NCBI GenBank assembly: GCA_034189385.1
Contig: JAXHVD010000010.1
Location: 1-64,000 of the forward strand
Direction of reading: 5' to 3'
Length of the DNA: 64,000 bases
From: Thermodesulfobacteriota bacterium
GTDB taxonomy: Bacteria > Desulfobacterota > Desulfobacteria > Desulfobacterales > C00003060
Of this stretch, positions 1 through 7,970 are shown in pieces. A program made the translations under genes and the position numbers. Under the pieces are notes generated by a model. The model did no database searches, was not told the origin of the DNA, and was given only the letters and a program-made list of their open reading frames with translations. Positions within the stretch are counted from its first letter, which is position 1, and the number at the start of each line of letters is the position of its first letter.

Positions 1-8
1 TGCTGCCT

Positions 9-101
9 GCTGGGGAACTCCGGTCGCCCTATGGGCTCCCTACGTTCCCCAGCCGAGCTCATCATACCATGTAGTGTAATTCATTCCCACTTTTGGGACA
101 C
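9..101. repeat. GC-rich hairpin and possible terminal part of an IS-like element cut by the window edge
   Basis: Perfect 10-bp inverted repeat GCTGGGGAAC (9-18) / GTTCCCCAGC (44-53), followed by TCCCACTTTTGGGACACA. No transposase is in the window. Confidence 0.3.
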
Positions 102-199
102 AAACTCGGAAACGGGGGGCCTATGTATCACCGGTAGTGCGGGGAAACAATGGGGTAGATCCTGTATTTTGTCGCCAAAAAACACTGTATTAAGCTACA

Positions 200-365
200 T
201 TGAACCCTCCCCGCGGCAAGCCACGGGGAATGTTCTCCCTGACGGGAGAGCTCCGCAGCACCGCAAGGATGTTGTCATTTTAACTATACACTCGCTAACC
301 CCGCCGCAAGCAGCGGGGGCTGCGGTAGCTCTCCTGTGGAGAATGCGCTCGCTTATTCGGTTCAA
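200..365. mobile_element. MITE/REP-like element with two internal palindromes
   Basis: Terminal inverted repeats TTGAACC (200-206) and GGTTCAA (359-365). Two related hairpins: CCCCGCGGCAAGCCACGGGG (209-228) and CCCCGCCGCAAGCAGCGGGG (299-318). Confidence 0.6.
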
Positions 366-1403
366 AAACTTAAGTCTTGATGCTCATGAATAAGCAAACC
401 TACAAGGCCAGCTAATCTAGGCTCAAGGCTGCAACGAATTGAAACCAAAGGGAATTTTAGTATGCTTGAGTCTCGCTGACCCCATCCTCAATGCGCCACG
501 ATACAATATGTTTGTGGCCCAGCCACGGCGGGTAGAATTTTAGATCGCTGGTAACATGTTGATTTTTAGTGTTTTTGAGGTTTTAAATCTGAATCACAGC
601 CCCAACAAACTCTTAAGTCCACGATGAATGGGGGAGCGGCTTTTTAGTAGTGTTCAGAACGGAAGGCTCGTGCCCTCAGGTTTAGTGATATACCGACTTC
701 GAAGTCGGTGACCTTGAAGCTCAACGATTAAAGCTGACATCCGAAAATTGACAATGTGTCCTAGGGTGGTGCCATCAAAGATGGCACTCTATATTGCCGT
801 TCCCAGCCAGCCTAGCTGAGTTAAAGCTCCCTCCTGTTTGCCACAGACGGACCAAGCCCCCTGGATATAGGATATATCTCTCGGTTCGCCCTAAGACTCT
901 TCTTGGGTTAGATTTTGCCCGAATACCGAATATTTTTCATCAGGAACTTTTGTTGTGATGAGGCAGGAACATTTTGTTTCGGATGATCGTGGATTATCTT
1001 TGGTTTTTGAGGCAAGGTTTTCGGGGTGATCTGGCAAGGATACTTGAACTACAGGCCTCACTAGCCGACCCCACAATAGTTTGTGGCCATCCGACTGGGC
1101 AGTGCCGACCAATAAGGCGGAGTGCCTCCCAATCTTCTTGTGCTATCCCAGCTCGGCTTCCACCGTTTTTATAGATCAGTAGTTTTTCTATCGAAAATGA
1201 GGCATTTCCCATCCTCAAATCCCTAGTTTTCCCAATTGCGTGTCGATGTAGTGTCGGCTAGATATAATATGTCTAGAGGATTGGGCTGAATACCTAAACT
1301 TGGCGTGATCCTTTGAAGCGGAGCCACGGGAATAATCGGATGTCCGCCACCCGCAGTTAGATCCTTATCCAAAGGGAGCCACAGAGAAAAACCTGAAAGG
1401 GTA

Positions 1404-1508
1404 ATGATAAATATTGTGGGAGACATTGGGCTGTCACTGGCGGCAAGTCTTATGATGAGTGTCATAGTTGGGGTTGCGGCTTATATCCTTTTGACTTTGA
1501 TATCCTAA
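1404..1508 (+). CDS. Putative 34-aa membrane peptide (MINIVGDIGLSLAASLMMSVIVGVAAYILLTLIS)
   Basis: Translated by hand; it is below the ORF-track cutoff. Purine-rich GAAAGGG lies upstream of the ATG, and the peptide is one long hydrophobic stretch. Confidence 0.35.
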   Translation: MINIVGDIGLSLAASLMMSVIVGVAAYILLTLIS

Positions 1509-1634
1509 CGTCAAAAAGCAAGGGCAGCCCAGAAATGCCTGTGCAATTTGAGAGTAGAGCAGGCACAACCTGGCAGTCTATTGTTGTACAGTCTGGATCA
1601 TAGTGGTTAAGTCTCATATAATTGGAGTGGTACC

Positions 1635-1862
1635 TTGTCCATTTTCTTCATTATCGGGCTATTGATCACATCTCTCATCATCTCCAAATTCCGGCCCAAA
1701 TTTAGTGCCACAATGGACCTCACCGTAGCATTGATGCTACTGTTGTTCGGGGTAATTCCCGGAACAGCAGGTCTTTTTGGTTGGACGCTGATGGTCGTCT
1801 TCTTCTTGAACAGCGCCGTATTCTTCTTCACAGGGAAACCGCCCTCAGCCTACCTCCCATAG
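1635..1862 (+). CDS. Small hypothetical membrane protein (2-3 TM segments)
   Basis: TTG start 7 nt after GGAG. The 75-aa ORF is strongly hydrophobic. Confidence 0.45.
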   Translation: MSIFFIIGLLITSLIISKFRPKFSATMDLTVALMLLLFGVIPGTAGLFGWTLMVVFFLNSAVFFFTGKPPSAYLP

Positions 1863-1977
1863 CAGGATGCGCCCTGGCATCCAAGCATTTCTCCTGCGAA
1901 AGAAATTACCGGACTTAGGCAACTCTTGGGGACCCTGCTGAAAGGTTGAAACGTTTCAGGCATCTTCCTTGATGAAC

Positions 1978-2190
1978 ATGATCAGGTTGAAGAAGAAACC
2001 AGATCAATGGCCCCAATGCGGATCATGGCGATGGTTCACATCCTCTATGGCATGCCTTCTGATACTCCCAGGCTTCACAGAGACCTTGAGGCAGGGAGAT
2101 TCGTCCTTGGTGGATGCGTTGTGGCTGAAAATGACGCCGCATGGCAGTGCGTGGACTGTGAGGCTAAGATCTATCGGGAAACACAACAGA
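1978..2190 (+). pseudogene. Frameshifted small Zn-ribbon-like hypothetical gene
   Basis: MIRLKKKPDQWPQCGSW in one frame joins MVHILYGMP...VLGGCVV...WQCVDCEAKIYRE in another, via a 1-nt deletion near 2030. A homologous relic lies at 10193-10351. The end coordinate is approximate. Confidence 0.55.
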
Positions 2191-2360
2191 AAAGCCCTGA
2201 CGAAGCTCTGGGGTTTTTTGAACCGATTAAGCGAGCGCATTCTCCACAGGAGAGCTACCGCAGCCCCCGTAGGTTCCGCCTGACGGCAGTGGTTCTGCCC
2301 GTTGGCAGTGTTAGCGCGGCGCGGGCTGCGGGGTTAGAACTGTCCGGGGTCGCATCTTAA

Positions 2361-2411
2361 TTATTAATTATTCGTCCTTTGAGTATACATGAACATACTG
2401 GGGGCTAGGGA
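2361..2411 (+). repeat. Dispersed non-coding repeat (second copy at ~4913-4963)
   Basis: TATTCGTCCTTTGAGTAYACATGAACATACTGG...GCTAGGGA is nearly identical in the two copies. Confidence 0.8.
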
Positions 2412-2473
2412 GTGGATGCCCCCGACCTTCTCTGCTTGGCCGCCTTATCCCCTTTGCCCCCCCGTTGGCCAGG

Positions 2474-2905
2474 TTAACCGATGGTCTGTTCTACCACGCC
2501 TTTTAGATTGTTCAACAACGACGTGGAAGGTATGACCACCACTTCACGGTCCCTGACTCTGGTCACGTACCGGGGTTTATCCTGGTGTGCGATGTAGGCC
2601 TGCTTGAGTTCTTCGCTCAAGCGTTGGAGCCTCGCGGGCGAAAGCCCCTTCTCTTCTACCAGGGATTTGAAGTTGACAATTCTCTCGCCATCCTCAATCC
2701 AGGCAACCCCAAATTTCTTCGGGGGCTTTCCCACAAAGACGTAGACAGCATCTTCAGCTGGCACCACTTCGAGCGGATCCTTTGTCTCGTCTGCCAGCTT
2801 TTCAAGTGGGGAACGCACGGATTCCAGATGCTTGGCTGCCGGGGCTGACTGATCAAGTGGGGGGTAATCAGGCTTGCCGCCCAAGAACTTTCCCAAGAAA
2901 CCCAT
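2474..2905 (-). CDS. Hypothetical protein (143 aa)
   Basis: AAAGGAGGAG RBS before ATG at 2905. A TTGACA-17-TAGCGA promoter-like motif lies on the minus strand near 3031-3059. Confidence 0.8.
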   Translation of the reverse strand: MGFLGKFLGGKPDYPPLDQSAPAAKHLESVRSPLEKLADETKDPLEVVPAEDAVYVFVGKPPKKFGVAWIEDGERIVNFKSLVEEKGLSPARLQRLSEELKQAYIAHQDKPRYVTRVRDREVVVIPSTSLLNNLKGVVEQTIG

Positions 2906-3296
2906 AGCTCCTCCTTTATGGTTGCGGCGAGCCACGGGCAGGGGCAGGAATGATGACAAGCAGTCGCGGTCGATCAGGGGGTGACATGGCTTCGCCTGGT
3001 TTCTCCCCTGAGCCGAACTGTTTCATACATCGCTACCACCTATAGCCCCCCCCTGTCAACCCTGGTCAGTAGAGCCTCCTGGACATCCATGTCTTTATGC
3101 TCTACGTTGGAAGTAGCCGCGGCATGAGGGATGGTATGCAAAGAGGACAAAGAGGCGCCTTAGAATCACTTTTTTGTATTAAACACAGCCTGTTAAGAAA
3201 GGCGGGGAGCTCAAGGGGAGGTCCATGTTTTTATGTTTTGCTTTTGGTTTCACCTAGGCGGAAGGCCGGGCCCAGATCCACAGGGAAAGAATATTC

Positions 3297-3334
3297 TTGA
3301 CGCCCCCCCCCAAAAAACTTCTTACAATGTAAGA
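3297..3334 (+). promoter_or_regulatory. Sigma70-like promoter with palindromic operator
   Basis: TTGACG (3297-3302) and TACAAT (3323-3328) are separated by a 20-nt spacer that contains C9. The palindrome TCTTACAATGTAAGA (3320-3334) sits immediately before ATG 3336. Confidence 0.5.
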
Positions 3335-3335
3335 C

Positions 3336-3446
3336 ATGAAACCATCCACCCTGACAATAAGATTGGATAGGAATCTGGAGGCCCTGCTGCCCGCAAAGAG
3401 AGGCGAGTCTGGCCCATCGAGTGGGAAGAGGAAACGACGGTTTTAG
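3336..3446 (+). pseudogene. Truncated ribbon-helix-helix (CopG-like) antitoxin/regulator relic
   Basis: MKPSTLTIRLDRNLEALL resembles the RHH beta-strand and first helix, then the sequence degenerates. The start is leaderless, directly behind a palindromic operator. Confidence 0.45.
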
Positions 3447-3496
3447 CCATTGCCTTCGTGATCCAGATGCTTTCCGGGAAAGGAGTCGTTTTTAAA

Positions 3497-4357
3497 ATGA
3501 TGTCCAGAAAAAATGTGCTTTGTATAATCGTGCTCTCACTAACTCTTTACTCTTTTGTCTGCTATGGCGGCGAAGCCGCCGATCAAGGCAAGCTCTACGT
3601 GGTGGGAATGGGTCCCGCAGGACCGGACCTGACGGCTCCGCGGGCATTGCGCATCGTTGAGAAAGCAGATGTATTGCTCTGTTCGCCGAGGATGCCTCAA
3701 AGATTTGAAAAATTCGGCTTGCACATCGATCCCCAAAAAGTGGCTTTCAATCCGTGGGAAGGGATTATCGGAAAAGAGGCCCAAAAGCTGAAGAAATCGG
3801 ATTACGATGCATGGAAGGTGCAGTCGCAAAAACGGGTGGAAAGGGTTCAAGACTTTATCCGGAAAAAACTTCGCCAGGGCAAGACGGTTGCCATGATGGA
3901 CGGCGGGGACCCCTGTGTCTATGCACCGAGTCTACAGTATTTGCTGAGCGGTTTTGATCCTGCACTATTTGAAGTCATTCCGGGAATGGGGGCCTTCAAT
4001 GCTGCGGCCGCGGCCCTGAAGATGAGCATGACGCCGGATCATGTGCGGTTTGTCCTATTGACATCACCGGAGTCCCTGTTCGGTGAATCGTGGGAGAAGG
4101 GGGATGAGATCCTCAAAGACTTGTCGAAATATGACAATACCATGGTGTTGTACATGTCCCTCTCTGATATGAACAAAGTGGTGGAGCGTTTCCGGAAATA
4201 CTATCCTCCGGATTTTCCGATTGCTATCGTATACTATGCCGGTTATGTGGAAAAAGAAAAGGTTCTGAAGAGCAACCTTAAAGATATTGAAGGGGATGTG
4301 AAGAACATGGATGAAAAATGGTTGGGGCTTGCCATTTTGGGAAAGTGTGCCAGGTGA
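3497..4357 (+). CDS. SAM-dependent tetrapyrrole methylase family protein (CobM/CbiF-like) with N-terminal signal-peptide-like segment
   Basis: Motifs KLYVVGMGPAGPDL, ADVLL, GGDPCVY and EVIPGMGAFNAAAAAL. AGGAG RBS. N-terminus MMSRKNVLCIIVLSLTLYSFVCYG. Confidence 0.85.
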   Translation: MMSRKNVLCIIVLSLTLYSFVCYGGEAADQGKLYVVGMGPAGPDLTAPRALRIVEKADVLLCSPRMPQRFEKFGLHIDPQKVAFNPWEGIIGKEAQKLKKSDYDAWKVQSQKRVERVQDFIRKKLRQGKTVAMMDGGDPCVYAPSLQYLLSGFDPALFEVIPGMGAFNAAAAALKMSMTPDHVRFVLLTSPESLFGESWEKGDEILKDLSKYDNTMVLYMSLSDMNKVVERFRKYYPPDFPIAIVYYAGYVEKEKVLKSNLKDIEGDVKNMDEKWLGLAILGKCAR

Positions 4358-4515
4358 GCAGCTGCTAGAAACTCGCAAACGAAGAATGAGGGGGGATATA
4401 ACAACCATGGTTTTATCCTTTCGCTGAGGGGAACTGCTCGAGGTCGCCCATCTTAAATATTACTAATGCGGCAAAAAGTATTTAGACATAGTCTCTTAGT
4501 TGTAGAAGCAAATAT

Positions 4516-4887
4516 TCACCGCAAAGACGCCCCTCGGCCTTGAGCCGTTCGACCCTGAGACTTGTCGGCGAGCTCAAGTCGAGCCGCTCACAGCCGAAGG
4601 GCTCGGAGCCGAAAGGCGAAGGGCGCAGCGTCTGGTTTTCTTTATGTTTTCCGCTGAGACGCCGGAAAACATAAAAAAGCTATCGCCCTTGGCGAACAGA
4701 AACGGATCGAGAGCAGGCGTTTTAGCTGTATTTGCAGATGGTTCGATTGCAAGATCGCTGACGTTCATTGCCCCCCTGCCCGAAGGGCAAGTCGCTTTTT
4801 GCTTTTCGGCGTCTCAGCGAAAAGCAAAAAAAACAGATTCCTTTGTGTCCTTTGCGTCTCGAGCAAGTGAATACGAGCGGGCCGTGA
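4516..4887. mobile_element. Composite REP/MITE-like element carrying nested insertions
   Basis: Ends TCACCGC / GCCGTGA are an imperfect inverted pair. Internal 13-bp perfect inverted repeat CGCTGAGACGCCG (4652-4664) / CGGCGTCTCAGCG (4807-4819). Nested ~30-nt units at 4530-4616. Confidence 0.7.
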
Positions 4888-5105
4888 CCTTGTATCTAAA
4901 TGTCAATGATCTCATTAGTAACTATTCGTCCTTTGAGTACACATGAACATACTGGACGCTAGGGAAAGGGTGACGTTTGAGGCCCCTTCTTCATGAACAT
5001 CATCAGGTCCATGACCAAACGGGAAAGATCCCTTTGGGGCGGTTGCCTGCATGAAGATGATGGCAAGTGCCCAGGGTCGCCCATTGGAGTAGAAAGAACC
5101 TTTCT

Positions 5106-6104
5106 GTGAGCCGAACAACAAAACTGATTACCGGAGTTTGTCTATCCATGCTGCTCCTGACCATTGGAACGGTGGGATATATGCTCATCGAGGGATGGAG
5201 TTTCATGGATGGATTGTACATGACGGTGATTACCCTCGCCACCGTGGGATACGGCGAAGTTCATAGTATCAGTCAACCCGGTCGCCTTTTTACGGTGGTA
5301 TTCATCTTTTTAGGCGTCGGGTTCACCCTTTATGTCATTGGAAACGTCGTCCAATTTCTCGTGGAAGGACAAATTAGAACTGTTTTGGGGAGATTCAAAT
5401 TGGAAAAACAGATCAGCAAGCTAAGAGATCATTACATCGTTTGCGGATACGGCCGGATCGGGAGAGCGCTTTCCGGTTTCCTCATTCAGAGACATATCGA
5501 CATTGTGGTGATTGAAAAAAACGAGGGACGGATTCCGGTGATGAATGAGGATGGGGTCTTGTATCTCGTTGGAGAGGCAACCGACCCCGATAATTTAGTT
5601 AAGGCAGGCCTTAAACGGGCAAAGGGCCTTTTGGCGGTCCTCGCCTCCGATGCTGACAATGTCTTTCTCGTCTTGACCGCCAAACGGCTTAATCCAGAAA
5701 CATTTATCGTGGCAAGGGCGGTGCAAAATTCTACCAAAGAGACATTGTACAGCGCTGGTGCCAACAACGTTGTATCCCCATATGACTTGGGCGCTAGGAG
5801 AATGGCCCACGCAATCCTTCGACCTTCGGTAATCCAGTTTCTGGAAATGGCCTTCGTTGACAGTGGAACCGATATCTATGTTGAAGAGTTTCCGGTAAGT
5901 CCTGCATCCCGCCTTGTGGGATGTAAGCTTATCGACTCGGGAATTCGAAAGGATTTGGACCTGATCATTATTACGATCAAAAAGGCCGACGGTGCCATGA
6001 GCTTTAATCCCTCGGCCGATACCGTCATCGAAGCCGGAGATACATTAATCGCGGTGGGAGCAAGCAGGAACCTTCTGAAACTATCTAAAATCTTAAATCC
6101 TTAG
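5106..6104 (+). CDS. Potassium channel protein (2TM pore + TrkA-N/TrkA-C RCK domains, MthK-like)
   Basis: TVGYGE selectivity filter, HYIVCGYGRIG Rossmann motif and a C-terminal TrkA-C. The GTG start is my choice; the ORF is open from 5067. Confidence 0.92.
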   Translation: MSRTTKLITGVCLSMLLLTIGTVGYMLIEGWSFMDGLYMTVITLATVGYGEVHSISQPGRLFTVVFIFLGVGFTLYVIGNVVQFLVEGQIRTVLGRFKLEKQISKLRDHYIVCGYGRIGRALSGFLIQRHIDIVVIEKNEGRIPVMNEDGVLYLVGEATDPDNLVKAGLKRAKGLLAVLASDADNVFLVLTAKRLNPETFIVARAVQNSTKETLYSAGANNVVSPYDLGARRMAHAILRPSVIQFLEMAFVDSGTDIYVEEFPVSPASRLVGCKLIDSGIRKDLDLIIITIKKADGAMSFNPSADTVIEAGDTLIAVGASRNLLKLSKILNP

Positions 6105-6362
6105 CCGAGAGAAGCGCCTAGGGTCTCACCCGGTTGCCGGAGACCACAGCATCATGGTGGGGGAGGTCCTTGCACTGTGGGCTAAACCGGGGCTCTTTGA
6201 CGAGCGGCTCAGGGTTGAAAAAGAGGAGGCTAAAACGCTCCATCACATGGGAGGCAGGGACTTCTGTGTGCCTGGAAAGATTGTGACGGTTTAGGCGGAA
6301 TGGAACGTGAGGTCACGGGGTCTCCCTTCTTGAGTCCATGGCTTTAGGATCAAGAATCTCAT

Positions 6363-7094
6363 ATGGTAAAGGAAGTCACCACAAGAATCGGCACATCAGG
6401 ATGGACCTATCCCCATTGGCAGGAGGTATTCTACCCTCCAGACTGGCCCAAATCAAAATGGCTGGAATACTACGCCCAACACTTCGACACGGTGGAACTC
6501 AACGCCACCTTTTACCGCCTTCCCAAGCCTAAGACCTTTGAAAACTGGAAGCATAGAACGCCTGATGGGTTTCTTTGGTCGGTGAAGGCTAGCAAATACA
6601 TCACGCACACTAGGCGTTTGAAAAAACCACAAGAACCCTTGGAGCGGCTCTATACCACAGCCGTCGGTCTTGGAGAGAAATTTGGCGTACTGCTCTTCCA
6701 ACTTCCCCCCACCCTTGCCTTTGATAAAAAGACATTCACCGAATTCTGTGGATTTCTGAACCCGAGTCTGCGCCATACACTGGAGGTCCGCCACGTTTCG
6801 TGGATCAGTGACCAGCTCTTCGACTTGTTGAAACAGTCCAATATGGCATTTTGCATTGCAGACACGGCCGGTCGCTATCCTTTTCACGAGGCGGTAACGG
6901 CCGATTTTATTTACATCCGCCTTCACGGCTCCAGAGAGCTCTATGCCTCTCATTATTCTGAGGAAGAACTCCAGGCGTGGGCTGAAAAGATCAAGGCCTG
7001 GGGAAAAGATACGTTTGTGTATTTTGATAACGACTTTGAAGGCCATGCCGTGAAGAATGCTAAACGGCTGAAGGAAATCCTAACGGCTTCCTGA
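6363..7094 (+). CDS. DUF72 domain protein
   Basis: RIGTSGWTY, VELNATFYR, FQLPP, EVRH, YIRLHG and VYFDND motifs. Confidence 0.92.
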   Translation: MVKEVTTRIGTSGWTYPHWQEVFYPPDWPKSKWLEYYAQHFDTVELNATFYRLPKPKTFENWKHRTPDGFLWSVKASKYITHTRRLKKPQEPLERLYTTAVGLGEKFGVLLFQLPPTLAFDKKTFTEFCGFLNPSLRHTLEVRHVSWISDQLFDLLKQSNMAFCIADTAGRYPFHEAVTADFIYIRLHGSRELYASHYSEEELQAWAEKIKAWGKDTFVYFDNDFEGHAVKNAKRLKEILTAS

Positions 7095-7144
7095 GGCCTT
7101 TAGCAATCCTGGTGGCGTCTTACGCAAAGACATCCCTGTCATTC

Positions 7145-7176
7145 GATGCAATGGGAGCCGCGGGAGTAGGAAATCC
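7145..7176 (+). repeat. Short copy of a dispersed non-coding element (also at 9431-9537 and 42549-42654)
   Basis: GATGCAATGGGAGCCGCGGGAGTAGGAAATCC matches the core of the other two copies. Confidence 0.65.
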
Positions 7177-7236
7177 GATTCTCACACAAGCCTCGTGGTG
7201 ACGGGATAAGCGGCCATCTGTTTTCAGCTGGAATGA

Positions 7237-7695
7237 TTAATCAGCGAACCAGGGCAGCGGCGTTTCAAAAGCGGGGTCTGCTGAAACGCCGGCATCCAAC
7301 TGTAGGCCTGCCCCAAAAATGGAGCGTGAGTTAAGAATATTCTGAACGCGTTCAGAGGCGTCAGGAATCGAAGGAAAGGATTCGTAGTGAAAGCTTACAT
7401 TGAACTTGTCAATGTCGCCTGAAGCACTCACACGGTCGTGATACCTCGTTGTGGAAATTAGACCACTGCCATCCCACTTTTGTCTTACTGCAATCATTTC
7501 TGCACTTGCCTTTGTGTTGGTGCCGGATACTGCCAGGCCGTACTGCAGCAAAGGCGAACTGGTACCGGCCACCGCTGAAGTGCTGGAAGTGCCAAAGTCT
7601 TGTGCGAAGGAAGAAGGGACAGTTGCAAGAATACCTCCGGCAAACACCATGAGGACAATTGCCAACAACCTTGAAATAGCAGTTCTTGAAAACAT
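7237..7695 (-). CDS. Hypothetical secreted protein
   Basis: GGAGGT RBS and a Sec-type signal ending SFA-QD. Confidence 0.7.
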   Translation of the reverse strand: MFSRTAISRLLAIVLMVFAGGILATVPSSFAQDFGTSSTSAVAGTSSPLLQYGLAVSGTNTKASAEMIAVRQKWDGSGLISTTRYHDRVSASGDIDKFNVSFHYESFPSIPDASERVQNILNSRSIFGAGLQLDAGVSADPAFETPLPWFAD

Positions 7696-7970
7696 GATTC
7701 TACCTCCCATTTTTCAATTCCGGCCAGCCAAGAGCTGAGTTCTGAGAAAGCCCCGACTGTGAGAACGATCAGAGGACAAGAATAGACAACATAAGATAAA
7801 CGTCAATAAGATAGTCAATATTCTAAAAGACACAAAATAGTACGTCAAAAGAAATCAAAGCGGGACAGTCCATTCCCAAAGAGCGATTCCAACGGCCTTC
7901 ATAAGATTTAGCGTCATTTCCTCAGCTTAACTCCATGATCTCCCTGCCCAGCCGGCATATGGAAGGAAAA

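Noticed and set aside
31..393. 120-aa ORF, also 4644-4946 and 12249-12515
   Set aside because: They run through MITE/REP sequence and are likely spurious.
3350..3460. Cobalamin riboswitch upstream of the tetrapyrrole methylase
   Set aside because: There is no GCCACTG/B12-box core. The region is better explained as an RHH gene relic.
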